From: Xylanibacter ruminicola 23
Lineage (GTDB): Bacteria; Bacteroidota; Bacteroidia; Bacteroidales; Bacteroidaceae
Length of the DNA stretch: 32,000 bases
Assembly: GCF_000025925.1 (NCBI RefSeq)
Contig: NC_014033.1
Coordinates: forward strand, 2,520,001 to 2,552,000
Reading direction: 5' to 3'
Every line of letters begins with the position of its first letter. Within the stretch, counting starts at the first letter, position 1. Below are positions 10,243 through 18,662 of this stretch, one piece after another. Both the position numbers and the translations under genes were made by a program. The notes below the pieces were generated by a model. It saw only the letters and a program-made list of their open reading frames with translations. It was not told the origin of the DNA and made no database searches.

Positions 10243-10800
10243 TTAATCGTTTTTAGCGTTCTTGAATGGAAGACCGAAAGCCTTCAGCAGTGCGAAACCT
10301 TCCTCGTCGGTCTGAGCCGATGTAACGAAGGTGATGTTCATACCCTGAATGCGGTCAACTGAATCGATATTGATCTCTGGGAAGATAATCTGCTCCTGGA
10401 TACCCAGTGTGTAGTTACCACGGCCGTCGAACTTGCTCTCGATACCCTTGAAGTCGCGGATACGAGGGAGAGCGATGCGAACGAGCTTCTCGAGGAACTC
10501 GTACATGCGCTCACGACGAAGAGTTACCATCACACCGATAGGCATCTTCTTACGAAGCTTGAAGTTTGCGATATCCTTCTTAGAATATGTAGCAACTGCC
10601 TTCTGACCACAGATAGCGGTAATCTCGTTGATAGCAACCTCGATAATCTTCTTATCCTGAGTAGCGTCACCAAGACCCTGGTTTACTACGATCTTCTTCA
10701 GGACAGGAATCTGCATTGCAGAAGTGTAGTTGAACTGCTTCTGAAGAGCAGGAGCGATCTTCTCCTTGTACTCTTTCTTTAACTGTGCTGTATTTGCCAT
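10243..10800 (-). CDS. rplE: 50S ribosomal protein L5
   Basis: 185 aa, L5 family. Its start overlaps the rplX stop by 1 nt (TAATG). Confidence 0.97.
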   Translation of the reverse strand: MANTAQLKKEYKEKIAPALQKQFNYTSAMQIPVLKKIVVNQGLGDATQDKKIIEVAINEITAICGQKAVATYSKKDIANFKLRKKMPIGVMVTLRRERMYEFLEKLVRIALPRIRDFKGIESKFDGRGNYTLGIQEQIIFPEINIDSVDRIQGMNITFVTSAQTDEEGFALLKAFGLPFKNAKND

Positions 10801-11117
10801 TACTTAATCTCCTCTCCTGACTTTTTAGCGATACGAACGACATTCTTACCCTCGCGCTTGATAGCAACACGGGTAGCCTTGCCACTCTTCGGATCAATCA
10901 AACTAATATTCGAAATGTGAATAGGAGCCTCCATCTTCACAAAGCCTCCCTGAGGATTCTTGGCGCTTGGCTTGGCACTCTTGTTCACCATGTTGATACC
11001 CTCTACGAGAGCACGCTGCTTGTCGGTCAGAACCTTCAGTACCTTACCAGTCTTGCCCTTGTCCTCACCGGCCAGAACGATGACTGTATCGTTTTTCTTA
11101 ATATTGAACTTTGCCAT
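10800..11117 (-). CDS. rplX: 50S ribosomal protein L24
   Basis: [29 protein letters not shown]... (KOW motif). Confidence 0.97.
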   Translation of the reverse strand: MAKFNIKKNDTVIVLAGEDKGKTGKVLKVLTDKQRALVEGINMVNKSAKPSAKNPQGGFVKMEAPIHISNISLIDPKSGKATRVAIKREGKNVVRIAKKSGEEIK

Positions 11118-11150
11118 TTCTCTTAACTCTTAACTGTTAATTATTAACTA

Positions 11151-11516
11151 TTACAGTACCTCAGGTGCCAAAGAAACGACCTTCATATTCACGGCACGGA
11201 GCTCACGGGCAACGGGGCCGAAGATACGGCTACCGCGGAGCTCACCTGCATTGTTCAGCAGTACGCAGGCATTGTCGTCGAAACGGATGTAAGAACCATC
11301 AGCACGACGGATTTCCTTCTTAGTGCGAACAACCAAAGCCTTTGATACTGCACCCTTCTTTACATCACTTGTAGGGATCGCGTTCTTGATAGACACAACG
11401 ATGATATCACCTACGCTGGCATAACGGCGCTTGGTACCGCCCAATACACGGATGCAGAGAGCCTCGCGTGCACCGCTGTTGTCAGCTACTGTAAGTCTTG
11501 ATTCTGTCTGTATCAT
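11151..11516 (-). CDS. rplN: 50S ribosomal protein L14
   Basis: [27 protein letters not shown]... Confidence 0.98.
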   Translation of the reverse strand: MIQTESRLTVADNSGAREALCIRVLGGTKRRYASVGDIIVVSIKNAIPTSDVKKGAVSKALVVRTKKEIRRADGSYIRFDDNACVLLNNAGELRGSRIFGPVARELRAVNMKVVSLAPEVL

Positions 11517-11518
11517 AA

Positions 11519-11785
11519 TTACTTAGCTTTTTCTACGATGTTAACTAATCTCCATCTCTTTGTCTTTGACAGAGGACGGGTTTCCATAATGAGCACTGTA
11601 TCACCTACATTGCACTCGTTATTCTCATCGTGTGCGTGATACTTCTTTGTCTTCTGGACAAACTTACCATACATAGGGTGCTTCTCCTTGAACTTGGCTG
11701 CAATAACAATGGTTTTATCCATCTTGTTGCTGATAACGACACCCTGTCTTGTCTTTCTTAAATTTCTTGTTTCCATCTGGACCAT
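11519..11785 (-). CDS. rpsQ: 30S ribosomal protein S17
   Basis: ...[20 protein letters not shown]... Two in-frame ATGs (11785 and 11776), so the true start is uncertain. Confidence 0.94.
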   Translation of the reverse strand: MVQMETRNLRKTRQGVVISNKMDKTIVIAAKFKEKHPMYGKFVQKTKKYHAHDENNECNVGDTVLIMETRPLSKTKRWRLVNIVEKAK

Positions 11786-11787
11786 TG

Positions 11788-11982
11788 TTATTTATTAAGT
11801 TCTCTCTGATGAAGTTCTGATTTCATTCGTGCGATATCGCGACGAGCGGCCTTAATCTGAGATGGATTCTCAAGTGGAGTGATTGCGTGGTTCAACTTCA
11901 TCTGGTTGTACTTTGCAACCTCAGCCTCAATGCGCTCTGCCAGATCCTTGGTCTCGAGCTCTCTTACTTCTTTAATCTTCAT
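11788..11982 (-). CDS. rpmC: 50S ribosomal protein L29
   Basis: The ORF-track start at 11988 is a TTG. The ATG at 11982 gives [21 protein letters not shown]... Confidence 0.94.
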   Translation of the reverse strand: MKIKEVRELETKDLAERIEAEVAKYNQMKLNHAITPLENPSQIKAARRDIARMKSELHQRELNK

Positions 11983-11988
11983 ACTCAA

Positions 11989-12417
11989 TTAAGCGTTTTT
12001 ATCGAAATCACGTCTTACAACAAACTTAGTCTTTACGGGCAGCTTCTGAGCACCGAGGCGAAGAGCCTCCTTAGCGATGTCGAAAGGTACACCCTCTACT
12101 TCAAAGAGAATACGGCCTGGTGTAACAGGTGCAACCCATCCTGCGGGATCTCCCTTACCTTTACCCATTCGCACGTCAGCAGGCTTGCGAGTGATTGGCT
12201 TATCAGGGAAGATGCGAATCCATACCTGACCTTCACGGTTCATATAACGATTGATAGCAACACGGGCTGCCTCAATCTGGCGGCTGTCGATCCACTTTGC
12301 ATCCAAAGTCTTGATGCCGAAGCTACCGAAAGCCAGTGTTGTTCCTCTGTGGGCGTTGCCTTTGTTGCCGCGTCCATCCTGAGGTCTTCTATATCTTACT
12401 CTTTTGGGCTGTAACAT
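11989..12417 (-). CDS. rplP: 50S ribosomal protein L16
   Basis: [36 protein letters not shown]... Confidence 0.98.
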   Translation of the reverse strand: MLQPKRVRYRRPQDGRGNKGNAHRGTTLAFGSFGIKTLDAKWIDSRQIEAARVAINRYMNREGQVWIRIFPDKPITRKPADVRMGKGKGDPAGWVAPVTPGRILFEVEGVPFDIAKEALRLGAQKLPVKTKFVVRRDFDKNA

Positions 12418-12442
12418 AATAAGTTTCTACTTTAAATCGTTA

Positions 12443-13165
12443 TTACTTCTTCTTATTACGGAACTTTCTGTCACGACCATTACCGCCGTTAGAGCGACCA
12501 TTTGATTTCTCCTGAGTGAAGTTAGGTGCGAGGTCAACGTTTCCGTAAATCTCACCACGGCAAATCCATACCTTGATACCCAGAATACCAACCTTGGTCA
12601 GAGCCTCAGCGTGGCAGTAGTCAATGTCAGCACGATAAGTGTGCAGAGGAGTACGACCCTCCTTCAGCATCTCGCTACGTGCGATTTCAGCTCCATTAAG
12701 ACGACCTGAAATCTGAACCTTAATACCCTCGGCACCAGCACGCATTGTGTTCTGGATAGCCATCTTGATGGCACGGCGATAAGCGATCTTACCCTCTACC
12801 TGGCGAGCGATGTTGTTGGCAACAATCGTGGCATCGAGCTCAGGACGCTTTACCTCGAAGATATTAATCTGAATCTCCTTATCATAGAGCTTCTTCAGTT
12901 CTTCCTTCAGTTTGTCGACATCTTGTCCACCTTTACCAATGACGAGACCTGGACGGGCTGTGCAAATAGTAATGGTAACCAGCTTCAATGTGCGCTCGAT
13001 GACAATCTTCGATACGCTGGCCTTAGCCAGACGCTCGTTCAGGTACTTACGGATTTTCTGATCCTCTACCAGGTTATCTCCGAAGTCCTTGCCTCCGAAC
13101 CAATTTGAATCCCAACCTCTTACGATTCCAAGACGGTTGCTAATTGGATTAACTTTCTGTCCCAT
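12443..13165 (-). CDS. rpsC: 30S ribosomal protein S3
   Basis: [25 protein letters not shown]..., with a KH domain and a basic tail. Confidence 0.98.
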   Translation of the reverse strand: MGQKVNPISNRLGIVRGWDSNWFGGKDFGDNLVEDQKIRKYLNERLAKASVSKIVIERTLKLVTITICTARPGLVIGKGGQDVDKLKEELKKLYDKEIQINIFEVKRPELDATIVANNIARQVEGKIAYRRAIKMAIQNTMRAGAEGIKVQISGRLNGAEIARSEMLKEGRTPLHTYRADIDYCHAEALTKVGILGIKVWICRGEIYGNVDLAPNFTQEKSNGRSNGGNGRDRKFRNKKK

Positions 13166-13167
13166 AC

Positions 13168-13575
13168 TTATTCTTTTACATCATTAGTTTTAGCATCAAC
13201 AAACAGAGTCACGTGATTAGAACGCTTGCGGATACGATAGCCGCGACCCTGTGGTGCAGGTCTCATTCTCTTCATTGTAACACCCTCGTCAACGAATACG
13301 CGAGTGATGAACAGCTCACCATCCTCAGCCTTGCGATCGTTCTTGGCTTCCCAGTTAGCGATGGCCGAACGGAGGAGTTTCTCTACATTAGCTGCAGCTG
13401 CCTTCTTCGAGAAACGGAGTACACCCAGAGCGCGATTAACCTCCATGCCGCGGATCATGTCCACAACATAGCGCATCTTGCGGGGTGAAGAGGGGCAGCC
13501 GTTGAGCTTGGCAAAATACTGTGTCTTAAGTGCTGCTTTTCTTTCTTCAGCCTTAATATGTTTTCTTGCTCCCAT
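13168..13575 (-). CDS. rplV: 50S ribosomal protein L22
   Basis: ...[27 protein letters not shown]... Confidence 0.97.
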   Translation of the reverse strand: MGARKHIKAEERKAALKTQYFAKLNGCPSSPRKMRYVVDMIRGMEVNRALGVLRFSKKAAAANVEKLLRSAIANWEAKNDRKAEDGELFITRVFVDEGVTMKRMRPAPQGRGYRIRKRSNHVTLFVDAKTNDVKE

Positions 13576-13615
13576 TTTAATTCTTTAATTTTTTAATTCT
13601 TAATTCTCCCTGGGA

Positions 13616-13882
13616 TTACTTCTTGTTACCGGCGTGACCACCGAAACGACGTGTAGGTGCAAACTCTCCGAGCTTGTGACCAACCATGTTTTCTGTAACG
13701 TAAACAGGGATAAATTTGTTACCGTTATGAACTGCAACAGTGTGTCCCACGAAATCGGGTGAGATCATTGATGCTCTGGCCCATGTCTTAACGACATTCT
13801 TCTTACCACTCTCATTCATAGCGAGAATCTTCTTCTCGAGTGATACGTTGATGTATGGACCCTTCTTTAATGAACGACTCAT
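13616..13882 (-). CDS. rpsS: 30S ribosomal protein S19
   Basis: [19 protein letters not shown]...[33 protein letters not shown]. Confidence 0.98.
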   Translation of the reverse strand: MSRSLKKGPYINVSLEKKILAMNESGKKNVVKTWARASMISPDFVGHTVAVHNGNKFIPVYVTENMVGHKLGEFAPTRRFGGHAGNKK

Positions 13883-13903
13883 AATTTACTCTAATTAACT
13901 TGT

Positions 13904-14731
13904 TTACTTCTTGTTAGCTCTTTCAATAATGTACTTGTTTGAAAGCTTCTTAGGTGCACGAGTCTTAAGACCCTTAGCGTACAAGCCCTTACGTGAACGT
14001 GGGTGACCTCCAGACTGACGTCCTTCACCACCACCCATTGGGTGATCATGTGGGTTCATAACTACACCACGGTTGTGAGGACGCTGACCCAACCAGCGAG
14101 AGCGACCAGCCTTACCTGATGCCTCCAGAGCGTGATCTGAGTTACCTACACTACCTACAGTTGCTTTACAAGCTGAGAGAATCTGACGAGTCTCGCCTGA
14201 AGGAAGCTTGATTACACAATAGCTACCCTCACGAGAAGTCAACTGAGCGAAATTACCAGCCGAACGAACCAGCTTGGCACCCTGACCAGGACGCATCTCA
14301 ATGTTGTGGATGACTGTACCTACAGGGATGTTTGCCAAAGGAAGGGCGTTACCAACCTCGGGTACTGCATCAGCACCCGACATCAGAGTTGCACCAACCT
14401 GCAGTCCATTAGGAGCAATGATATAACGTTTTTCACCATCAGCGTAGAAAAGAAGTGCAATGCGAGCTGAACGGTTAGGATCGTACTCGATTGTCTTTAC
14501 TACAGCTGGAACACCATCTTTCTCTCGCTTGAAGTCGATCAGACGATACTTCTTCTTGTGACCGCCGCCCATGTAGCGAACAGTCATCTTACCGGTGTTG
14601 TTTCGACCACCGGTTGAACGCTTACCGTAAACGAGAGACTTCTCTGGCACGGATGCAGTAATATCCTCGAACGTGCCAATAATCTTGTGTCTTTGACCCG
14701 GAGTTACGGGCTTTAATTTACGTACTGCCAT
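13904..14731 (-). CDS. rplB: 50S ribosomal protein L2
   Basis: [17 protein letters not shown]...[14 protein letters not shown]. Confidence 0.98.
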   Translation of the reverse strand: MAVRKLKPVTPGQRHKIIGTFEDITASVPEKSLVYGKRSTGGRNNTGKMTVRYMGGGHKKKYRLIDFKREKDGVPAVVKTIEYDPNRSARIALLFYADGEKRYIIAPNGLQVGATLMSGADAVPEVGNALPLANIPVGTVIHNIEMRPGQGAKLVRSAGNFAQLTSREGSYCVIKLPSGETRQILSACKATVGSVGNSDHALEASGKAGRSRWLGQRPHNRGVVMNPHDHPMGGGEGRQSGGHPRSRKGLYAKGLKTRAPKKLSNKYIIERANKK

Positions 14732-14736
14732 TTTTA

Positions 14737-15084
14737 TTACTGAATATTGCTATAAAAATCAATTACATCGCCCTCCTTAAGAGTAACGATTGCCTTCTTG
14801 AACGCGTTCTTCTGACCCTTGATCAGACCAGCCTTAGTGTAGCGTGAGCTACGCTTGCCGGCGTAACGAACAGTGTTCACGTCGATTACTGTAACATTGT
14901 ACAGAGCCTCAACCTCATTCTTAATCTCAAGCTTATTAGCCTCAGGACGAACGATGAAACCATACTTGGCCTCAGCCTTCTTGGTACGCTCCTCGCCCTT
15001 TACCTTATAAGTTTTCTCTACAGAAGACTTGTCTGTAATCTTGGTCATCTTCTCAGTGACCAGGGGTTTAATGATAAATGCCAT
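14737..15084 (-). CDS. rplW: 50S ribosomal protein L23, with an apparent Lys/Glu-rich internal insertion
   Basis: [12 protein letters not shown]...[26 protein letters not shown]...[14 protein letters not shown]. It lies between rplD and rplB. Confidence 0.95.
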   Translation of the reverse strand: MAFIIKPLVTEKMTKITDKSSVEKTYKVKGEERTKKAEAKYGFIVRPEANKLEIKNEVEALYNVTVIDVNTVRYAGKRSSRYTKAGLIKGQKNAFKKAIVTLKEGDVIDFYSNIQ

Positions 15085-15100
15085 ATCCTTAGTCCTCCTT

Positions 15101-15730
15101 TTACTTGTTTAAGATACCGTCGATAGTCTCGAGAGCCTTCTCAGTGATAACGAGTGCATCAGCGTTCAGCACCTTGTAGGTGTTAACCAGCGAAGCCTCC
15201 ATTACCTCTGTGCCCTGCAGATTGCGAGCCGACAGATATACATTGTTATTAGTACCTGACATTACGAAGAGAGTCTTCTTGCCGTCAACCTTCAGGTTCT
15301 TTGCAATGTTGATGAACTCCTTAGTCTTAGGAGCCTCCATGGTGAAGTCCTCAACAACTACGATTGCATTCTCCTGAGCCTTGTATGACAGAGCTGACTT
15401 ACGAGCAAGAGCCTTAACCTTCTTATTCAGCTTGAAGCCGTAGTCACGAGGTGTAGGACCAAACACACGACCACCACCACGCAGCAGAGGTGAGTTGATA
15501 TCTCCGTGACGGGCACCGCCGCCACCCTTCTGACGTCCAAGCTTACGAGTAGAACCAGAAATCTCGCTTCTCTCCTTTGACTTAGCTGTACCCTGACGCT
15601 GGTTAGCGAGATACTGCTTAACGTCCAGGTAGAGAACGTGGTCATTAGGTTCAATACCGAAGATAGCCTCGTTCAGAGTTACCTTACGTCCGGTCTCCTG
15701 ACATTTGATATTCAATACGCTAACTTCCAT
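15101..15730 (-). CDS. rplD: 50S ribosomal protein L4
   Basis: 209 aa: ...[37 protein letters not shown]... Confidence 0.97.
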   Translation of the reverse strand: MEVSVLNIKCQETGRKVTLNEAIFGIEPNDHVLYLDVKQYLANQRQGTAKSKERSEISGSTRKLGRQKGGGGARHGDINSPLLRGGGRVFGPTPRDYGFKLNKKVKALARKSALSYKAQENAIVVVEDFTMEAPKTKEFINIAKNLKVDGKKTLFVMSGTNNNVYLSARNLQGTEVMEASLVNTYKVLNADALVITEKALETIDGILNK

Positions 15731-15731
15731 C

Positions 15732-16346
15732 TTACTTGTTAATTAAAACAGTTGAACCATTATAACCAGCGCAGCTACCCTTAACAAGGATAAGATTGTG
15801 CTCTGGAATTACCTTTAACACTTTGAGGTTCTGAGTAGTAACTCGATCGCCTCCCATCTGGCCGCCCATGCGCATTCCCTTGAATACCTTGGCGGGATAA
15901 GAACAGGCACCGATAGAACCTGGCTTACGCAGACGGTCGTCCTGACCGTGAGTAGCCTGGCCTACGCCACCAAAACCATGACGCTTCACAACGCCCTGAA
16001 AACCTTTACCTTTTGAAGTTCCTACAACGTCAACAAACTCGGCACCCTCGAAGATGTCGACTGTAACGGTGTCACCGAGATTCAACTCGGTATCAAACTT
16101 GAACTCGGCCAAGTGGGCCTTTGGTGTAGTGTTAGCCTTCTTGAAGATACCCATCATTGCTTTTGTGGTATTCTTCTCCTTCTTCTCACCGAAGGCGAGC
16201 TGAACAGCCTCATAGCCATCCTTCTCAACAGACTTAACCTGAGTTACAACACAAGGACCAGCTTCGATAACAGTGCACGGTACATTCTTACCGTCGGCAC
16301 TGAAAACGGATGTCATTCCGATTTTTCTTCCAATTAATCCTGGCAT
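15732..16346 (-). CDS. rplC: 50S ribosomal protein L3 (first gene of the cluster in this window)
   Basis: [38 protein letters not shown]..., with an ATG start at 16346. Confidence 0.98.
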   Translation of the reverse strand: MPGLIGRKIGMTSVFSADGKNVPCTVIEAGPCVVTQVKSVEKDGYEAVQLAFGEKKEKNTTKAMMGIFKKANTTPKAHLAEFKFDTELNLGDTVTVDIFEGAEFVDVVGTSKGKGFQGVVKRHGFGGVGQATHGQDDRLRKPGSIGACSYPAKVFKGMRMGGQMGGDRVTTQNLKVLKVIPEHNLILVKGSCAGYNGSTVLINK

Positions 16347-16389
16347 TTCAGTTTAAAAATTAATAATGTTTATAAAATATATAATAAAT

Positions 16390-16450
16390 GTTCCTTTTTA
16401 AGTGGCTCTCGCAACTTCCGTGCACACAAAACACCCACTTAAAAAGGAAC
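16390..16450 (-). promoter_or_regulatory. Perfect 16-bp-stem hairpin in the rplC 5' leader (possible attenuator or r-protein autoregulatory element)
   Basis: gttcctttttaagtgg (16390-16405) pairs perfectly with ccacttaaaaaggaac (16435-16450) across a 29-nt loop. On the minus strand it ends 43 nt before the rplC ATG and is followed by an A/U-rich tract. A second small hairpin, cttcg-tttt-cgaag, lies at 16461-16474. Confidence 0.45.
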
Positions 16451-16538
16451 TTCAACTACTTCGTTTTCGAAGGCTAAGTCGCTATTTATCAGGGCATTGT
16501 TAGCTCCACGGCCAGCGCAATACTCACTTTTGCGGGTG

Positions 16539-16570
16539 CAAAGGTACAAATAATATATAATATACACAAA
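16539..16570 (-). promoter_or_regulatory. Bacteroidota sigma-A-type promoter for the rplC operon
   Basis: On the minus strand, the -7 box TACCTTTG (16546-16539) and a -33 TTTG (16570-16567) are separated by a 20-nt spacer. This implies a leader of about 185 nt. Confidence 0.55.
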
Positions 16571-16667
16571 TATTATTAAGGCTTAGTAGTAACTTTTAAG
16601 TATTTTTATACCTTACACCTCCAAAAACTAAACAATTCTGGCTTTTGGAAGCCGAGGTAAGGTATGT

Positions 16668-16749
16668 GTTGTTCAGATAATCTGCGTGTGCTGTCCAGAT
16701 AATCTCTATCAGTTGCTCAGATAATCCCTATAGGGGTATAGAGATAATC
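16668..16749. repeat. Four iteron-like direct repeats phased at 22/22/23 bp (15-bp core GyTGyyCAGATAATC)
   Basis: gttgttcagataatc (16668-82), gctgtccagataatc (16690-704), gttgctcagataatc (16712-26), ggtatagagataatc (16735-49). Confidence 0.9.
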
Positions 16750-17094
16750 CGAACGAGTGGTTCGCTACGTCTGAGCAAGGCATAAGTGCCATCCCAACAA
16801 ACTATATGCTTCTAACATTATCGCCATTAAAAACAAATTCACCACTAACTTGCTGATATTTAATACATTACATATAATATGTGATTTAGTGAATTAGATA
16901 TATATAACTTTTAGTATACAAAAAAGGAAAATGTATAACATTAATATTTTTGAATAGAAAAATGTTGCATATTATAAATGCACTAAATCACACTTTCAAT
17001 CAGATTAACAAGCCAAGTTATTGATATTCAACCACTTGCCCCATCAAAAAACCCATCTTTTTTTTATATCAAATTGATTGAACACAAAAAAAAG

Positions 17095-17134
17095 AATCCT
17101 CTTGCAACCTATTTTATAAAGTTGCAAGAGGATT
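17095..17134 (-). terminator. Intrinsic terminator ending the surface-protein operon
   Basis: A 14-bp perfect stem (aatcctcttgcaac / gttgcaagaggatt) with a 12-nt loop. On the minus strand it is followed by C plus eight T (complement of 17086-17094). Confidence 0.75.
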
Positions 17135-17194
17135 GAGGTCATATAGCAGTTATTCCATACTGTTCATGTCAGGGGCATCTATAGATGATTCTTT

Positions 17195-17338
17195 TTAACC
17201 TAACCAGTCATCGAATTCTGGTGCATCTGTTGGATCTGATGTGTCTGGAAATTTATCGCCACTACTTATCAACAATGCACCCTGATGGCGCAGTTCTATC
17301 ACCTGTACAGATGGCTTAATATATACTTTCTTTTTCAT
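17195..17338 (-). CDS. Unannotated 47-aa ORF with a basic N-terminus and a highly acidic C-terminus (below the ORF-track cut-off)
   Basis: Hand translation gives MKKKVYIKPSVQVIELRHQGALLISSGDKFPDTSDPTDAPEFDDWLG*. The ATG lies 4 nt after the stop of the 422-aa gene, and the ORF is followed about 60 nt later by the terminator at 17095-17134. Confidence 0.4.
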   Translation of the reverse strand: MKKKVYIKPSVQVIELRHQGALLISSGDKFPDTSDPTDAPEFDDWLG

Positions 17339-17342
17339 ATCC

Positions 17343-18611
17343 TTACTTAATTATAACCTTTTTACCATTATGAATATACAGTCCTTTCTGTGTGGGCTTG
17401 GCAGAGAGCTTACGTCCGCTCATGTCGTACCAACCACCAAAGTCAATCTCACCCGTCTCGGTGTCGAGTGTACCGATGGCTGTTGTGCCGCCCTGATTGT
17501 CGTCGTCATCCTGATTACCAGGTCCTACATTCGACAGTAGTCTGACTACGATGCTACTGGGCAGTTCATCTATGGTTCCACGCGTCATGCTACGAGTATT
17601 ATTGGGTGTGCTGTTCCAAATCAGATAGCAAGTCATCGGACGGATCTTGGCACCGCTCTTAGCTTTCACAAAGTCGCCCACCTCAATATCATCCTTCTGT
17701 ACTCCTGCAAATCCATAGACTCGCCCAATCTCCGCAGCGTTTGCACCGCCGGATATCCATTCCTTATATTCATACGTTCCCTTGAACGTCCAGTTACTAC
17801 CCTTATCGGCTTTCTGACAATTGCCGCCACCCTCTGTACAGAGCGCCACGCCCTCGTTAGGGATGGTGAACGTGATGCCCGTCGCTGTCGGCATAAACAG
17901 ATATGGCGTATTGGCTGTCAGCGTAGTCACGTTGTTGGTGCCGTCGCCCGGCTCCTTCATGGTGGCTACCCACTGCTCATTTTCTTTCTCTACGCCTACA
18001 AACTCATAGAACGAGCCGCCCTCGCTGCCCGTGCAGATATAATCAAATGGCAGCATTACTGTCGACGCCTTACCCACGGTGAACGTGCGGTTATACGTCA
18101 CGTCATCCACCGTTATTGCTGTCGGAATGTTGATGGTTGCCGTCGATGTTCCATCAATGGTTGCAACCTTACCGCTTTGGTCTTCAGAAGTAGTCAGGGC
18201 TCCATAGTTAGTCACCTTCGGAGTAATGGTAAACATCGCCTCCTTAGAGCCAGCATAGTTGGCCATGCCGGTGATGGTATAGGCATGGTTGCCAGAATCC
18301 TGAATTGGGCCGCTCGGAGCAGTCACGGTGTAGTCGGTATTCTCGGTCAGCACTGTCTCGCCGTCCTTCACAGTGATGACGGGTGTCAATTCGCTGCCCG
18401 TCCATGTCTGCGACGGAATGGTGACGGTGATGTCATTATTCGCCAGCAGTTTCTTCACATCTGCTGTCACCGTTACGTCGTTATCAGGCATGATGATGGT
18501 ATAGGTGCCGTCACCGTTGTCGGTCATGAGTTGTTGTGCGCGGGCTTCGGGGGCGACGATGACCAGAAGCAGCAGGAGGGCAGCGCGAAGTATATTCTTA
18601 TTATGTTTCAT
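17343..18611 (-). CDS. Secreted surface protein: signal peptide, Ig-like repeat, ~160-aa module shared with the 1007-aa neighbour, and a T9SS-like C-terminal tail
   Basis: Signal peptide MKHNKNILRAALLLLLVIVAPEARAQQ. A repeat of the type TENTDYTVTAPS...YTITGMANYAGSKEAMFTI is present. The C-terminus GWYDMSGRKLSAKPTQKGLYIHNGKKVIIK resembles Por/T9SS sorting tails. Confidence 0.75.
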   Translation of the reverse strand: MKHNKNILRAALLLLLVIVAPEARAQQLMTDNGDGTYTIIMPDNDVTVTADVKKLLANNDITVTIPSQTWTGSELTPVITVKDGETVLTENTDYTVTAPSGPIQDSGNHAYTITGMANYAGSKEAMFTITPKVTNYGALTTSEDQSGKVATIDGTSTATINIPTAITVDDVTYNRTFTVGKASTVMLPFDYICTGSEGGSFYEFVGVEKENEQWVATMKEPGDGTNNVTTLTANTPYLFMPTATGITFTIPNEGVALCTEGGGNCQKADKGSNWTFKGTYEYKEWISGGANAAEIGRVYGFAGVQKDDIEVGDFVKAKSGAKIRPMTCYLIWNSTPNNTRSMTRGTIDELPSSIVVRLLSNVGPGNQDDDDNQGGTTAIGTLDTETGEIDFGGWYDMSGRKLSAKPTQKGLYIHNGKKVIIK

Positions 18612-18662
18612 TGCATTCTTTTGTTTTTGTTGTTCTACAAAGTTGTTGATGTCGCCAGTGGC

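Noticed and set aside
16881-16991. Invertible promoter (inverton): an 11-bp inverted repeat gtgatttagtg / cactaaatcac flanks 89 bp that contains a TATTTTTG box
   Set aside because: The arms are short and the region is very AT-rich, so a chance match is plausible. The segment is smaller than typical Bacteroidales invertons, and no invertase gene is nearby. It is worth a read-orientation check only if population data are available.
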